Made by a program: the position numbers and the translations under genes
NCBI GenBank assembly: GCA_965224025.1
Contig: OZ245033.1
Location: 2,336,001-2,400,000 of the forward strand
Source: Candidatus Multivorans sp.
GTDB taxonomy: Bacteria; Acidobacteriota; Thermoanaerobaculia; Multivoradales; Multivoraceae
DNA: 64,000 nucleotides
Reading direction: 5' to 3'
Shown here: positions 28,802 through 39,927 of the stretch, piece after piece
Layout of the letters: each line of letters starts with the position of its first letter
Numbering within the stretch: position 1 is the stretch's first letter
Notes under the pieces: generated by a model
Database searches by the model: none
What the model saw: only the letters and a program-made list of their open reading frames with translations
Told to the model about the DNA's origin: nothing

Positions 28802-29728
28802 ATGAGTGGGGTGGCGTACGTCTTTCCGGGTCAGGGCTCGCAGTGGGTCGGCATGGGCCGGGCGTTGGCTTTGGCCTTTCCGGAGGCGCGGGAGGTCTTC
28901 GAGGAAGCGGACGACACCCTCGGTTTTTCGCTGTCCGTGCTCTGCTTCGAGGGGCCCGAGGACGAGCTTCAACTAACGGCCAACACGCAGCCCGCGATCG
29001 TCGCCGCGTCGGTGGCGGCGATCCGCTGCTACCGGGCTCAGGGTCTGGAGACGGAGACGCCGGACTTCGTCGCCGGCCACAGCCTGGGCGAGTATTCGGC
29101 GCTCGTCGCTGCCGGCGCCCTCGAACTCGGCGACGCTCTGCGCCTGGTCCGGGCCCGGGGCGAGGCGATGCAGAAGGCGGTGCCGGTGGGCGAAGGCGCG
29201 ATGGCCGCGGTACTTGGCCTGAGCGTCGAGGACACGGCGGAGGTCGCCGCCGAGGCGGCGGGCGACACCGGCGGTGTCTGCCAGCTCGCCAACCTGAACG
29301 CGCCGGGGCAGATCGTGATCGCCGGCGCCGGGGAATCGGTGGAGCGGGCAATGGTGCTGGCGAGTGGCCGGGGCGCGCGCCGGGCGATTTTGCTGCCCGT
29401 CTCGGCCCCCTTCCACTGCGCCCTGATGGCGCCGGCCCGCCGGGCAATGGCGCCGCTGATTCAGGCGGCGCCGATGGCGGACCCACAGGTACCGGTGGTC
29501 TGCAACGTGGATGCGGCGCCGGTGACCAGCGCTTCCGCGGCCAGGTACGCGCTGGTCCGGCAGATCGACGGCCCCGTGCGCTGGGCGGAGTCGGTGACGG
29601 TCATGGCGGCCGAAGGCGTCGGCCGGCTGATCGAGTTTGGCCCGGGTAAGGTGCTTTCCGGCCTCGCGCGGCGGATCGATCGAAAGCTGAAGGTCCGGTC
29701 GGTGGCCGAGCCGGGCGACATGGAGTGA
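28802..29728 (+). CDS. fabD: Malonyl-CoA-ACP transacylase
   Basis: FPGQGSQ, GHSLGEY and VSAPFH motifs. Confidence 0.97.
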   Translation: MSGVAYVFPGQGSQWVGMGRALALAFPEAREVFEEADDTLGFSLSVLCFEGPEDELQLTANTQPAIVAASVAAIRCYRAQGLETETPDFVAGHSLGEYSALVAAGALELGDALRLVRARGEAMQKAVPVGEGAMAAVLGLSVEDTAEVAAEAAGDTGGVCQLANLNAPGQIVIAGAGESVERAMVLASGRGARRAILLPVSAPFHCALMAPARRAMAPLIQAAPMADPQVPVVCNVDAAPVTSASAARYALVRQIDGPVRWAESVTVMAAEGVGRLIEFGPGKVLSGLARRIDRKLKVRSVAEPGDME

Positions 29729-30480
29729 CGACCGTGAGCATCTTCGACTTGAGCGGACGGACGGCGCTGGTCACCGGCGCCTCGCGCGGGATCGGCCGCG
29801 CCTGTGCCGTGCTGCTGGCGCGCCAGGGCGCCCGCGTGGTGCTGGCGGCCCGGAACGAGGAGCTGCTGGGGGAAGTCGCGGCCGAAATCGCCGCCTCGGG
29901 AGGCGAGGCCCATGCCATGGCGCTCGATCTGGCCGATCACGAACAGGTACCCGGCGCGGTGCGGCAACTTCCGAAGGAGTTCGCGGCGGTCGACATCCTC
30001 GTCAACAACGCCGGCATCACGGCCGACAACCTGTTGGCCCGCATGACCCTGGACCAGTGGCAGCGGGTGCAGGACGTGAACCTGACCGGCGTCTTCGTCC
30101 TCACCAAGGCGCTCGTGCGGGGTATGATGCGCCGCCGCTTCGGGCGGGTCGTTTCCGTGTCATCCGTCGCCGGTGTGCTCGGAAACGCCGGGCAGGCGAA
30201 CTATGCCGCCTCGAAGGCCGGGCTGATCGGATTCAGCAAGTCCCTCGCCCGTGAGCTGCTGAGCCGGGGGATCACGGTGAACGTCGTCGCGCCGGGCTTC
30301 ATCGAGACGGACATGACCGCCGCGATGCCGGATGGCGCCGGCGAGCGCTTCCTGGAGCAGTACGGCGTGGTGCGCCTCGGCACGGTAAACGACATTGCGC
30401 CCGCGGTGTTGTTCCTGGCAAGCGACGAAGCGTCGTACGTCACCGGCGAGGTCCTGAGCGTCAGCGGTGGGATGACTTGA
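29725..30480 (+). CDS. fabG: 3-oxoacyl-ACP reductase
   Basis: TGASRGIG, NNAGIT, NYAASK and PGFIETDMT motifs. Confidence 0.95.
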   Translation: MTTVSIFDLSGRTALVTGASRGIGRACAVLLARQGARVVLAARNEELLGEVAAEIAASGGEAHAMALDLADHEQVPGAVRQLPKEFAAVDILVNNAGITADNLLARMTLDQWQRVQDVNLTGVFVLTKALVRGMMRRRFGRVVSVSSVAGVLGNAGQANYAASKAGLIGFSKSLARELLSRGITVNVVAPGFIETDMTAAMPDGAGERFLEQYGVVRLGTVNDIAPAVLFLASDEASYVTGEVLSVSGGMT

Positions 30481-30520
30481 GAACAGCACTGGAGCGCGGC
30501 AGAACTGCCGGAAGCCGACT

Positions 30521-30559
30521 CTTCGCGCCGGATGCGGGCAAGATGCCCGCGTTCCCAGG
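30521..30559 (-). repeat. REP-like element, short copy D (reverse orientation)
   Basis: The reverse complement reads CCTGGGAACGCGGGCATCTTGCCCGCATCCGGCGCGAAG. Confidence 0.85.
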
Positions 30560-30653
30560 TCAGACCATTCTGCAGTGCAAGCTTGTATAGTCTCCGTCTG
30601 TCAGCGGGCCGGAGACGTCAACCCTGCGCGAATTTCCCTAAAGAGGAACCAGA

Positions 30654-30893
30654 ATGTCCGTAGTCGAAAAGGTCAATAGCATCATTGTCGAGCAGCTCGG
30701 AGTCGATGCCGACGAAGTCACTCCGCAGGCCAGTTTCACCGACGACCTCGGTGCGGACTCGCTCGACATCGTCGAGTTGGTCATGGCCTTCGAGGAAGAG
30801 TTCGGCATCGAGATTCCCGATGAGGATGCCGAGAAGATCGGCTCCGTCAAGGAAGCCACCGACTACATCCAGGCGCACGGGGGCGATAACTAG
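30654..30893 (+). CDS. acpP: Acyl carrier protein
   Basis: [20 protein letters not shown] motif. Confidence 0.98.
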   Translation: MSVVEKVNSIIVEQLGVDADEVTPQASFTDDLGADSLDIVELVMAFEEEFGIEIPDEDAEKIGSVKEATDYIQAHGGDN

Positions 30894-30959
30894 CTGCCAG
30901 AGGCCGGCGCCCTGGCCGGGTCCGGCCGCCCCAAGCGGGTCCGCTGACGGATTCGTGTC

Positions 30960-32207
30960 ATGCACATGAACGACCGTAGACGCGTCGTCATCACCGGTGT
31001 CGGTCTGGTGTCACCGCTTGCGGTAGGCACCGAAGCTACCTGGTCCGGCCTGATGGAGGGCCGGAGCGGCGTCGGTGCGTTGACGCGGGTCGACGCGGAC
31101 CTGTATACGACCAAGATCGCCGCCGAGGTAAGCGACTTCGACGCGGAGCGGTTCATGCCTCGCAAGGACATTCGCCGGGTCGATCTCTTCATCCAGTTCG
31201 CCGTCGCGGCGGCGGCGCTGGCCCGCGAGGACTCGGGGCTCGAGATCGATGACGGCAACGCCGATCGTGTCGCCACCGTCGTCGGCTCGGGCATGGGCGG
31301 GCTGCCGCTGATCGAGCACATGCACGACATCTGGCGCGACCGGGGACCGCGCAGGGTGTCGCCGTTCTTCATCCCCGGCCTGATCGCCAACATGGCGTCC
31401 GGCCAGATCTCGATCCGGCATGGCGCCAAGGGGCCGAACACGTGCCCCACGACTGCCTGTACCACCGGCCTCCACGGTGTCGGCGATGCGTTCCGTCAGA
31501 TTCAGCACGGGTACGCCGACGCTGCCTTCGCCGGCGGCACGGAGGCCACGACCTGCGATCTGGCGATGGCCGGCTTCGGGGCGATGAAGGCGCTGTCGGT
31601 CCGCAACGACGAGCCGGCCAGGGCGTCCCGGCCCTGGGACGGCGGCCGCGACGGTTTCGTTCTGGGCGAGGGCTCGGGCGTGCTGATCCTGGAGGAGCGC
31701 GAGGCAGCCCTTGCCCGCGGCGCCCACGCCTATGCCGAGATTCTGGGCTACGGCATGAGCGGCGACGCCTACCACGTGTCGGCGCCAGAGCCCACGGGCG
31801 ACGGCGCGTCGCGCGTCATGCGGGCGACGCTCGATGACGCCGGCATCGCGGCGGAACGGATCGACTACATCAACGCCCACGGCACTTCGACACCGCTGGG
31901 CGACATCGCCGAGGTCCGGGCGATCAAGCGCGTCTTCGGGGATCACGCCTACCGGCTGGCCGTGTCATCCACAAAATCTTCCACCGGCCACCTTCTGGGA
32001 GCGGCCGGCGGCGTCGAGGCCGGCATCCTGGCGCTCGCCATCGACCGTCAGGTGCTGCCGGCGACGCTCAATCTGGACGAGCCCGACGAGGAGTGCGATC
32101 TGGACTTCGTGCCCCACGAGCCCCGCGAGGCGAACGTCGAGGTCGCGCTGACCAACTCTTTCGGCTTCGGCGGCACGAATGGCGCCCTGATCATGGCTCG
32201 GGCGTAG
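30960..32207 (+). CDS. fabF: 3-oxoacyl-ACP synthase II
   Basis: RRVVITGVG, TACTTG, NAHGTST, GHLLGAAG and NSFGFGG motifs. Confidence 0.97.
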   Translation: MHMNDRRRVVITGVGLVSPLAVGTEATWSGLMEGRSGVGALTRVDADLYTTKIAAEVSDFDAERFMPRKDIRRVDLFIQFAVAAAALAREDSGLEIDDGNADRVATVVGSGMGGLPLIEHMHDIWRDRGPRRVSPFFIPGLIANMASGQISIRHGAKGPNTCPTTACTTGLHGVGDAFRQIQHGYADAAFAGGTEATTCDLAMAGFGAMKALSVRNDEPARASRPWDGGRDGFVLGEGSGVLILEEREAALARGAHAYAEILGYGMSGDAYHVSAPEPTGDGASRVMRATLDDAGIAAERIDYINAHGTSTPLGDIAEVRAIKRVFGDHAYRLAVSSTKSSTGHLLGAAGGVEAGILALAIDRQVLPATLNLDEPDEECDLDFVPHEPREANVEVALTNSFGFGGTNGALIMARA

Positions 32208-32296
32208 CGCAATCCGGCTGGCGGGGCGCCGGCGTTTCCGCTGCTTGTATCCGCGCGGGTTTCTTGGGCGAGTGCGCGACACGGTAGGACTGCGGG

Positions 32297-32531
32297 CTAC
32301 TCATCTTCGTCCTCAAAGTACCTCGCGACGGCGCCGCGCCCGGCCAGTTCGTTCGCGGCATAGCGGGTCGCGGTCGCGGCGTCGGTCCATCTTCCGGCCT
32401 GCGTGAGCTCGGCGGTGGAGGCGCCGGCGGCGACCAGGGACTGAGCGCTGCCGACGCGCAGAGAGTGCCCGCTCACGCGGCCGGTGGCGCCGGCAATCGC
32501 TGCACGAACCGCGGCGGCACGGCGGACGATT
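32297..32531 (-). pseudogene. Tyrosine recombinase C-terminal remnant
   Basis: Not in the ORF track. Hand translation: GRVSGHSLRVGSAQSLVAAGASTAELTQAGRWTDAATATRYAANELAGRGAVARYFEDEDE*, containing HxLR, GRW and the catalytic Y (Cre-like pattern). Confidence 0.8.
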
Positions 32532-32683
32532 CATGGAGCGGCACGCTTGATGAACGTGTCGAGTTCTCGCACCTGGGTGTGTAGAGGCGCGCGAGAAATG
32601 GCCTCCGATCTCGTGTGAGAAACCCTGCGCAGCCGCGTAGGCACGGCCAACACACTGTTGGCGCACGGGCGGGATGACGCTGC

Positions 32684-33193
32684 TCAGCCGGCGAACCGGA
32701 GGCCGCGCGGCAGGCCCAGCGGGAACTCGGCCACCGGCGCCAGCAAGTACTCCACGTTGCGCCCCGGCAGTTCTTCGTCGTCGAGCATCACGGGGCGCAC
32801 GGCGTAGTTCACCGTCGCTTCCACGACGCCCAGATTGTAGAGCCAGCGGGCGACGTCGCCGACCAGGTCGATCACCTTCGCCGGATGGCAGTGGTCGGCA
32901 ACCACTCCGGCCTCGATGGTCGCCAGTCGCCGGGGGCCGGCCTCAGACAGCATCACTTTCACGACGCCGATTCGCCGGCCTCGCTGCACGGCGATCACCG
33001 CGCGCGCTCCGCTGGACCATTTCGCGTAGTCGGCCTCGCTGTCGGCGACAAGCTGGGCGGACAGTCCGGTGAGGATCGACAGGTAGGTGGGATCGGTAGG
33101 CTCCCCGTGGCGAAACGCGTCGTAGATCGCCTTCTCGTCCCCCCGCTCGCAGGGTCGATAGATCAGCGACTCCTCGGGAACGAGGATCCTCAT
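32684..33193 (-). CDS. Phage hypothetical protein (last gene of the tail operon)
   Basis: ATG at 33193 overlaps the stop of the tail-tip gene (ATGA). No clear family. Confidence 0.6.
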   Translation of the reverse strand: MRILVPEESLIYRPCERGDEKAIYDAFRHGEPTDPTYLSILTGLSAQLVADSEADYAKWSSGARAVIAVQRGRRIGVVKVMLSEAGPRRLATIEAGVVADHCHPAKVIDLVGDVARWLYNLGVVEATVNYAVRPVMLDDEELPGRNVEYLLAPVAEFPLGLPRGLRFAG

Positions 33194-36100
33194 TCCCAGT
33201 CCCTCTCCCAGCGGGTCAGGACGCCGCCGGCGTCGCCGTAGAGGCGCATTCGGAACGTGCCGTCGCCGGCGTCTGCGACGGACACGCCGCAGACGTGCGG
33301 ACGGCCAGCGGGGCCGTGGGAGACGCCGCTCATTCCCCACAGGCCGGTCCCGCCGGCCGCTCGCCACGCTGGGTCGTCCAGGTCCTCAGGCATCAGGTTG
33401 AGCCATGGAAGGTACGTGCCGTGCCACCCGAGCGGATCGAGGGAAGCGTAGCGCATGTTGTTGGCGGCGGAGCCCAAACTCTGGGCGAACACAACGCTGG
33501 CGCCAAGGGCAGTGTACCGGATCGCCCATCCCGTGGTTGCGGCCCCCACCCACACATCAGCAGTGTTGTCGTCCCAGCGCTGGACCCCTCTTACTCCGGC
33601 CGCCACGTCGTCGATGTCGGCCAGGATCGGCGGCGTGACCACCGCGGGGGCGCCCCAGGCCCCCCAGGCCGCCGCCGGCGCGGGCTCCACCGTGAATGGC
33701 CCGGCGGCCGCGCTGTAGTCCGAGGAGCCGTTGCTGTTCCGCGATTGGACCCGGTACCAGTAGCTGCCGTCAGCGAGGTTCAGATCCGAGTACGAGGTCT
33801 GCGCGGCGGTGGCGATCGTGGCCCAGGCCCCGGACGTGCCCAGACGCCGCTGCAGCCGGTAGCTCGTCGCGCCTGTCGAGGCGTTCCACTCGACCGCGAT
33901 GTCGTCGTCGCTGACGGACCCGCTCAGCCCGGTCGGCGTCGCCGGCGGCCGCGGCGGCGGCGTGGTGTCGATCGTCCCGCTGGCCAATGCCGGCCCGGAC
34001 ACCAACTCATTGCCGTCGACGATCTGGACGGCGTAGACCTCCACGACGATCGTGGGGCTGTCGATCTGCTCCGAAAACAGGTGGAACGTCTGGGTCGGCC
34101 CGGCCTCACCCGGATCGACCGTCTTTGCGACGCCCCCGACCACTTCCAGGACGACCGTGTAGTTGTCGGCTTCGGCCACTTCGGTCCATTCGACAGTGAT
34201 CGCATTGTCCTGGACGTCGAGTCCGCCGAGCGGATAGCGCGAGTAGCTGCCGCTGATCGTGACAGGGCCGGGGCTGGGCAGGGCATCCTCGCCGTCCGCG
34301 CCGAAACGGCCGACCGCGACGGGTGCGCTCCACAGAGCCGCAACTGCGTCGCCGATCGCCGGGTTGCCGATCACGTCGCGCTCCGCGCGCATCAGGTAGC
34401 TGGCCTCGGGCGTCAGTTCGGGCGAGGCGCCGTCATGCCAGTTGAGCCCATCGACCGCCACCGGCCCAGCGTTCAGCTCATCGAACCCCCAGGTGTCGAG
34501 CGGTCGCTTGGACGCCGGCACGCTGTCCGAGGACCAAGCCGCGAACGCGTACTCCGGAGCGCCGTTGCCGTCGCTCCCGTCGCCTCCCTCGACCCCGTCC
34601 ACTCCGTATCGGGCGATGACGGTCGGCACGGTCCACTGATCGGCCACCGCCTGGCCCCTCGCGAGGGCGCCCCGCGGTGGCCGCCGCTGCGCACGCAGCA
34701 GCCGCGGGTACGCCGGGCTCAGGTCCGGCGCTGCGTCGTGCCAGGTCAGGCCGTTGACCGTGCCCGGCTCGTCGAACCCCCAATCGTTTGACGGCCGGCG
34801 ATTCGCCGGCAGGGCCTCGTCCGCGTACGCGGCGAACACGTACTCGGGCGCGTTCTCGCCGTCCTCGCCCGGAAGGCCGTCCTCGCCGGCCGCGCCCGGA
34901 ATGCCGTCCGCCGGGTCCTTGGGCGTGACGCCCACTTCGCGCGCCTCGGACCGAATCTCCGACGTGTCCACGTGGCGCACCGCCACCCGCAGCGCGTCCG
35001 TCCCGATCACGCCCGCTCGCGTAAACCCCGTGCCGGCGATCCCGCCTCGATAGGTCCAGCCGGCGGCGCTCACGAGCACGTCCGCCGTCGGCGGTCCTGG
35101 CTCGCCCACCCGATCGTAGATCTCGCTGTAGGCGTAGTCCGGCGCCGTCGACGGATTCCAGTAAGCCCAATAGCCCTCGGCAACGCCGACGGCCCCGAGG
35201 CCCGCCGGGGGATCGATCGAGTCCGATTTCCCGTCCGCGAGCGCCGGCGGGCTGGACGTCCACGCCGATCGCCGCCGCCGGCCCAGGAAGCGCGCACGCA
35301 CGCGGTAGCCACCCAGCGCCACGTCGCGCAACACGATGCTCCGAGCCGTCGTCCTTTTGAGCGGCTCCCACGGGCCGCGCGGCAGCACCGACCAGTCCCC
35401 CGCCGCTATCTCCGCCGGCGTCGCCCGCCGGCGCGGACGCTGAATGTGGTAGTTGAGGTGATCGATCCGAGGGTCGTCGCCACCCTGCACGCCGATCTCC
35501 AGCAGACTCCGCACCTGATCGCGGTCCACGTACGTCCGCTCCCTCACCGTCACCGCCGTCGGCGCCAGGATCGCCGCGGCCGGATCGACCAACGGCGGCG
35601 CCAGTCGCCGGCGCTGCTCGACAGCCGTGTATTTGCCCGCGTCGTAGCGGCGCGCCTCGACCTGCACCTCCAGCTTGTCCCGCTCTCCGACTCTGGTGAC
35701 GATCCAATCCACGCCGGCGTCAGCGTTCGTGACCAGGTCGCCGACGCTGAGGCCCGTCGGCGCGTCATCGGTCTGCAGGCGGTCGGCCGCCGGCGCCTCG
35801 AGCGACAACGTCGTCCCACTCGCGTCGAGAGAGAGAGAGCGACCAGCAACGTTCCGATCTCCGCCGTCTGCGCGGAGGACCACTCGTACGGAGCATCCGC
35901 GTCGCGCAGCGGGTTCTGCGCGTTGTCCGGAGGCGGCAGCGTGATCGACTGGCCGCCGATCTCCAGAATGAGGCGCCCATGCCTCTCCCACGCAGCCGGC
36001 AGATCGCCCGTCGCCCACAGCAGCAGGCGATTGTCCGCGGCGGTGTACTGGATTTCGATCGCCGTTATCTGGGGGCCGTCCGGCACGGCGAGCGACAGCG

Positions 36101-38465
36101 CGGACCACCGCGCATAGGTCACCAACCCGAGGTCCGTGGTCGCGGTGCTGATTTCGGGCACTCCGAGATCCCAGCTCCCCAGAGCCGCAGTGGCGGCCGC
36201 CACTGCCGCCGACTGACCCGCGCCCCACGCGATCCGTCCGCCGGCGGCCAGGCGCGGAGACGCCTGATCGAGCGTCAGCGTCTCCTGACCGGGCGTCGAG
36301 TCATCTATCTCGAGGATCCTGAACGCGGCGGGCGCCTCGTACCGCTGCTCGTCCGCGATCCTCACCCGGTCGCCGGGACGCAAGTGCATCCCCTCGAGCG
36401 CCATCCGGAACTTCACCGTTTCCGATTCGTTCTCCTGCTCGCTCAGCGCCAGCAGGCCCATCCTGTGGGCCTGGCCGCGCGACGTGCAGCCCACGGCCGC
36501 GACGTCGCGCTGCCGGAATTCGTACCGCGCCACCAGGCCGTCGCTCACCACCAGCTCGATGCCGGACCGGTAGGCGTCGTCAGGGTCCTGCCACGTCACC
36601 GCGACCGCCGAGTACCGCTCCTGCCAGCGCAGGCCCTGGTACTCGAACTCGCCGTCGACCACGTTCGCGGACCCCAGCGCGGCCGTGACGTCGCCCTCGC
36701 CGTCGATCGCCAACGACGCCGCGCCGGCGCTCCACAACGCACCCGCCCGGCACGCCGACAGGACCCAATCGACCGCCTTGCGCGCCTGCTCCCGCCGCTT
36801 GATCACCCCGTTGAAGCGCCACCGCGGCTCCATGTCCGCCGCGCTGTTGGGCGCCGGCACCAGCGCGTCGCAGCGCCGCGAGAGCTCGAGAAACTCCGCG
36901 CGCGCCGACCGGACGGCCTCCACCATGCCGGGGATGCCGCCCAGCCCGGCACGCCGATCCGTCAGGAGGTCGTAGACGACCCAGGCCGGGTTGTCCGTCC
37001 ACACCCGGCGCATGGTGCCGTCCCAGATCCCCGCACCGTACCGCGCCGCCGAATCAGACGTCGGCGCCGTCGGGTCCCACACCGCCGGCGGCGGCGCCAA
37101 CACCCTGCGGCCGTCGACCTCGTACTCCCGGCGGCTGACGTTCACGCCGTCGGCTCGGTCGGTCTCCATCACCAGCCCGATCACCGCCGAGTGCGGGTAG
37201 CTCTGCTTCACGTCCCGCAACCCCGCCAGGCGCTGCCAGTAGAACCCGTCCACCACCCGCGTCGACGTCGAGTCCTCCGTGAGGCGAGACACCTCGATCT
37301 CCCACGTGCCGCCCGTGCCGACGCTCTCCGGACGCTCCACCCGCCAGGACTGCTCCTGGACCTCCAACGAGAGGTCCCGCACCGTCTGCGTCAGCACCGT
37401 CGTCCAGTTCCCGCCGGACGGCCGCGACCTGATCCGGAGCTCCACCGCGGTCGCCGTTTCGTTGCCGCTCTCGTCGTACGCCGCCAGACGCGGCCACTGG
37501 AGCGTCACCCGCGCCGCGTCGTAGCCCGCCGGCACCGACCGCACCACCGGCGCGCCGCGGGAGACCTGCTCGCGCAGGTGCGTGCCGATGCCGGTCACCG
37601 TGGCGTCGAATCCCAGGAGAGCCTCCTGGCCCGACTCGTCGTGAGCCAAGCCCTTGCGCTCCTGGACCGTCACCCCCTCGATGTTGCGGTCGCCGGACGA
37701 ATCCTCGACCGCGACGCCGTCGATGAACACGGACTGGAGCCCGGCGACCAGACCCTCGATCTCGCCCTCGCCGAGCAGATCGATCACCCGGAGCACCGAG
37801 CGCTCCTCCGACGCCGCGCCGCCGGTCGTCGGCGGCTCCTCCGCGTCCCAATCCCGCCGCGGCCGCTCGGCGCCGGCCGGCAGCTCACCGCCCAGGCCGA
37901 TGTCGGGAGGCGCCGCGCTATCGCCGCCCGTCGGCCGCTCCTGGGTGATGCCGCCGGACACGACCGTCGACCCGACTCTCGTCCGACCGTAGATGAGAGG
38001 CACCGCGCCGCCCTGGGCGACCGAGTTCACCGGACCCGAGAACAGGGTGCGACCGCTGCCGGTCTCCAGGTGATCCGTGTCCGGGATGTCCGGAATCAGC
38101 GCCGGCAGGGCCGCGTAGCCCACGGCCAGACTGCCGATCGTCCACCAGACGGCCGCCGGCACCGCCGCAAGGAAGCCGCTGCCGGCCACCACCGGCGCCA
38201 CCGAGACGTACGCCCGGTCCGGCACTTGCACGTCGAGCTCGCGCGGGCCGATCGCCGTGCCGTCGACCGTGACCCGCCAGGCGCCGAAACGCAACAGCCA
38301 CTTCATCTCCGGCGCCTGCGGCGCCAGCAGCCGAAACGCCTCCGCCACAGAGACCGCATCGAGCTCGAGCACAGCCTCGCCGGTGCTTGAGCGCCGCGCC
38401 GACGCCTCGTCCAGGCGGTTCCGCACGCAGCTGGCCAGCGAGCCCTGCAGACGCAGCGTGATCAT
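33190..38465 (-). CDS. Tail assembly protein I / tail tip (host specificity) protein J fusion, split by a frameshift at the (CT)6 tract 35827-35839
   Basis: gpI-like FSGPVNSVAQGGAVPLIYGRTRVGS, then gpJ-like IDLLGEGEIEGL, WTDNPAWVVYDLLT, GCTSRGQAHRMG and LRPGD. The C-terminal half, in another frame, has ARRYDAGKY, Fn3-like domains and two tandem ~100 aa repeats. Confidence 0.85.
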
Positions 38466-39235
38466 GCGCGGATCTCCCTGCCAGGCGGCCGGGCGACCTC
38501 GACCACGTGCCGCGCCAGCCGAGACGCCGCCGTGCGCCGCGACAGGCTGGTCGGATCGCACGGGCGCAGCGACGGGTGGTGCAGGAGCTGGCCGGCCTCG
38601 AGCAGCACGCCGGCGTGGTTCGCGGGCTTCGCGCCCCCCATCGCGAGCAGCACCAGGTCGCCGACCTGGGCGGAGGACGGCTCGATCCGCCGCCAGCCCA
38701 GGCGACGCCGCGACGACGAGTACAGGTCGAGCTCGGGCGACGTCACGTCCCAGCGCCAGTCGTACGCCACCGCCGGCAGCTCGATCCCGCACTCGCGCTC
38801 GTACCAGTCCCGGACCAAGGTGTAGCAGTCCGTGACGCCGTGACGGTACGGCCGGGCCAGATAGGGGCGGGACCGATCCGGCCAGAAGAACGGCTCACCG
38901 GCCACCGGCGCACCACAAGATGCAGTGGTGGCGACCGGCACCACGCCGTACGGCACGCCCGCCGCGATCTGGGACTCGAGGTCCTCCCGCGACGGGAACG
39001 ACGCGCCCGAGGGATGCGAGTGGATCACCGCGGCCGCGCCCTCGAGCGACCCCGGCTCGCCTTCGAAGCCGGACCGCGGGTCCGGCGCGACGTTACGCAG
39101 CCGCCGGTACTCGAGACGGCGCTCGAAGCCGCGGAGGCCAGGGCGCCGCACCAGCACGCCCAGCGACTCCTCGGGCCACGCCGTCACCGCGTGGTCCTGC
39201 ATCGCGGCGATCGCCTCGTGGTCGTGAGGGATCAT
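38462..39235 (-). CDS. Tail assembly protein K (JAB + NlpC/P60)
   Basis: PEESLG, IHSHP..PSREDL, GVTDCYTLVRDWY and NHAGV..LLHH motifs. Confidence 0.92.
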   Translation of the reverse strand: MIPHDHEAIAAMQDHAVTAWPEESLGVLVRRPGLRGFERRLEYRRLRNVAPDPRSGFEGEPGSLEGAAAVIHSHPSGASFPSREDLESQIAAGVPYGVVPVATTASCGAPVAGEPFFWPDRSRPYLARPYRHGVTDCYTLVRDWYERECGIELPAVAYDWRWDVTSPELDLYSSSRRRLGWRRIEPSSAQVGDLVLLAMGGAKPANHAGVLLEAGQLLHHPSLRPCDPTSLSRRTAASRLARHVVEVARPPGREIRA

Positions 39236-39927
39236 CGCCGCAATTGGCTCACCCCGGCGAAGCCGCCGAACGGCAGCACGCCGTCATCGCCAAACCTCAG
39301 CTTGCAGCCCGACAACCGGCGCGAGCAGACGTCGTTCGCCGGGTTCGACACCGGCTCGTCCTCAGCGTTCCAGAGCGCCGCGCCGCGATAGGGGCAGCCG
39401 TCGTCCTCGGCCGGATTCACCCAGGCGTTCCCCTCGCGGCGCCGGTAGGCCCACTGGCACACGTCGCGCAACACCTGCCGCCGCGGGATCATCGCCAGCT
39501 CCAGATCGAGCGGCGACGACAATTGCCACACCACTTCCTCGCGCCCCTGGCTCGACAGCCGGTCCACCACCCAGGATTCCGTCGGCCAGTGGCGGGTAGG
39601 GTCCGCCTCCGATCCACCGTCCAGATAGCGACCCAGCGTGCGCAGGCGCTCGATTGTGGCGCCCTGCCAGTCCGCGGGGAATGCCGCGCCGTCCAGCACC
39701 GACACGCGCAGCGTCGGCCGCACGGAGGCCCCGGAGGAGCCGAAGCCGGCGCCGTCCAGGGCGATCGGCAGCGGACGGTACTCCTGGCCGCCGTACATCG
39801 CCGACTCGACGCCCCGATGGCCCGTCGTGTACCGCTCGACCGTCCCGGACGGCAGCGTCACCGTGAACAGGTCCACCACCGGACCCGCGTCCAGCCTGCT
39901 CGCCTGGACCGATGACGTCGGGCTCAC
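39232..39927 (-). CDS. Phage minor tail protein L
   Basis: IPRRQV...CQWAYR...CPYRG...DVCSRRLSGCKLRFG...LPFGGF. Confidence 0.92.
   Translation of the reverse strand: MSPTSSVQASRLDAGPVVDLFTVTLPSGTVERYTTGHRGVESAMYGGQEYRPLPIALDGAGFGSSGASVRPTLRVSVLDGAAFPADWQGATIERLRTLGRYLDGGSEADPTRHWPTESWVVDRLSSQGREEVVWQLSSPLDLELAMIPRRQVLRDVCQWAYRRREGNAWVNPAEDDGCPYRGAALWNAEDEPVSNPANDVCSRRLSGCKLRFGDDGVLPFGGFAGVSQLRR

Noticed and set aside
33190-36228. Diversity-generating retroelement acting on the tail tip
   Set aside because: No reverse transcriptase and no TR/VR pair differing at adenines. The internal repeats are protein-level and heavily diverged.
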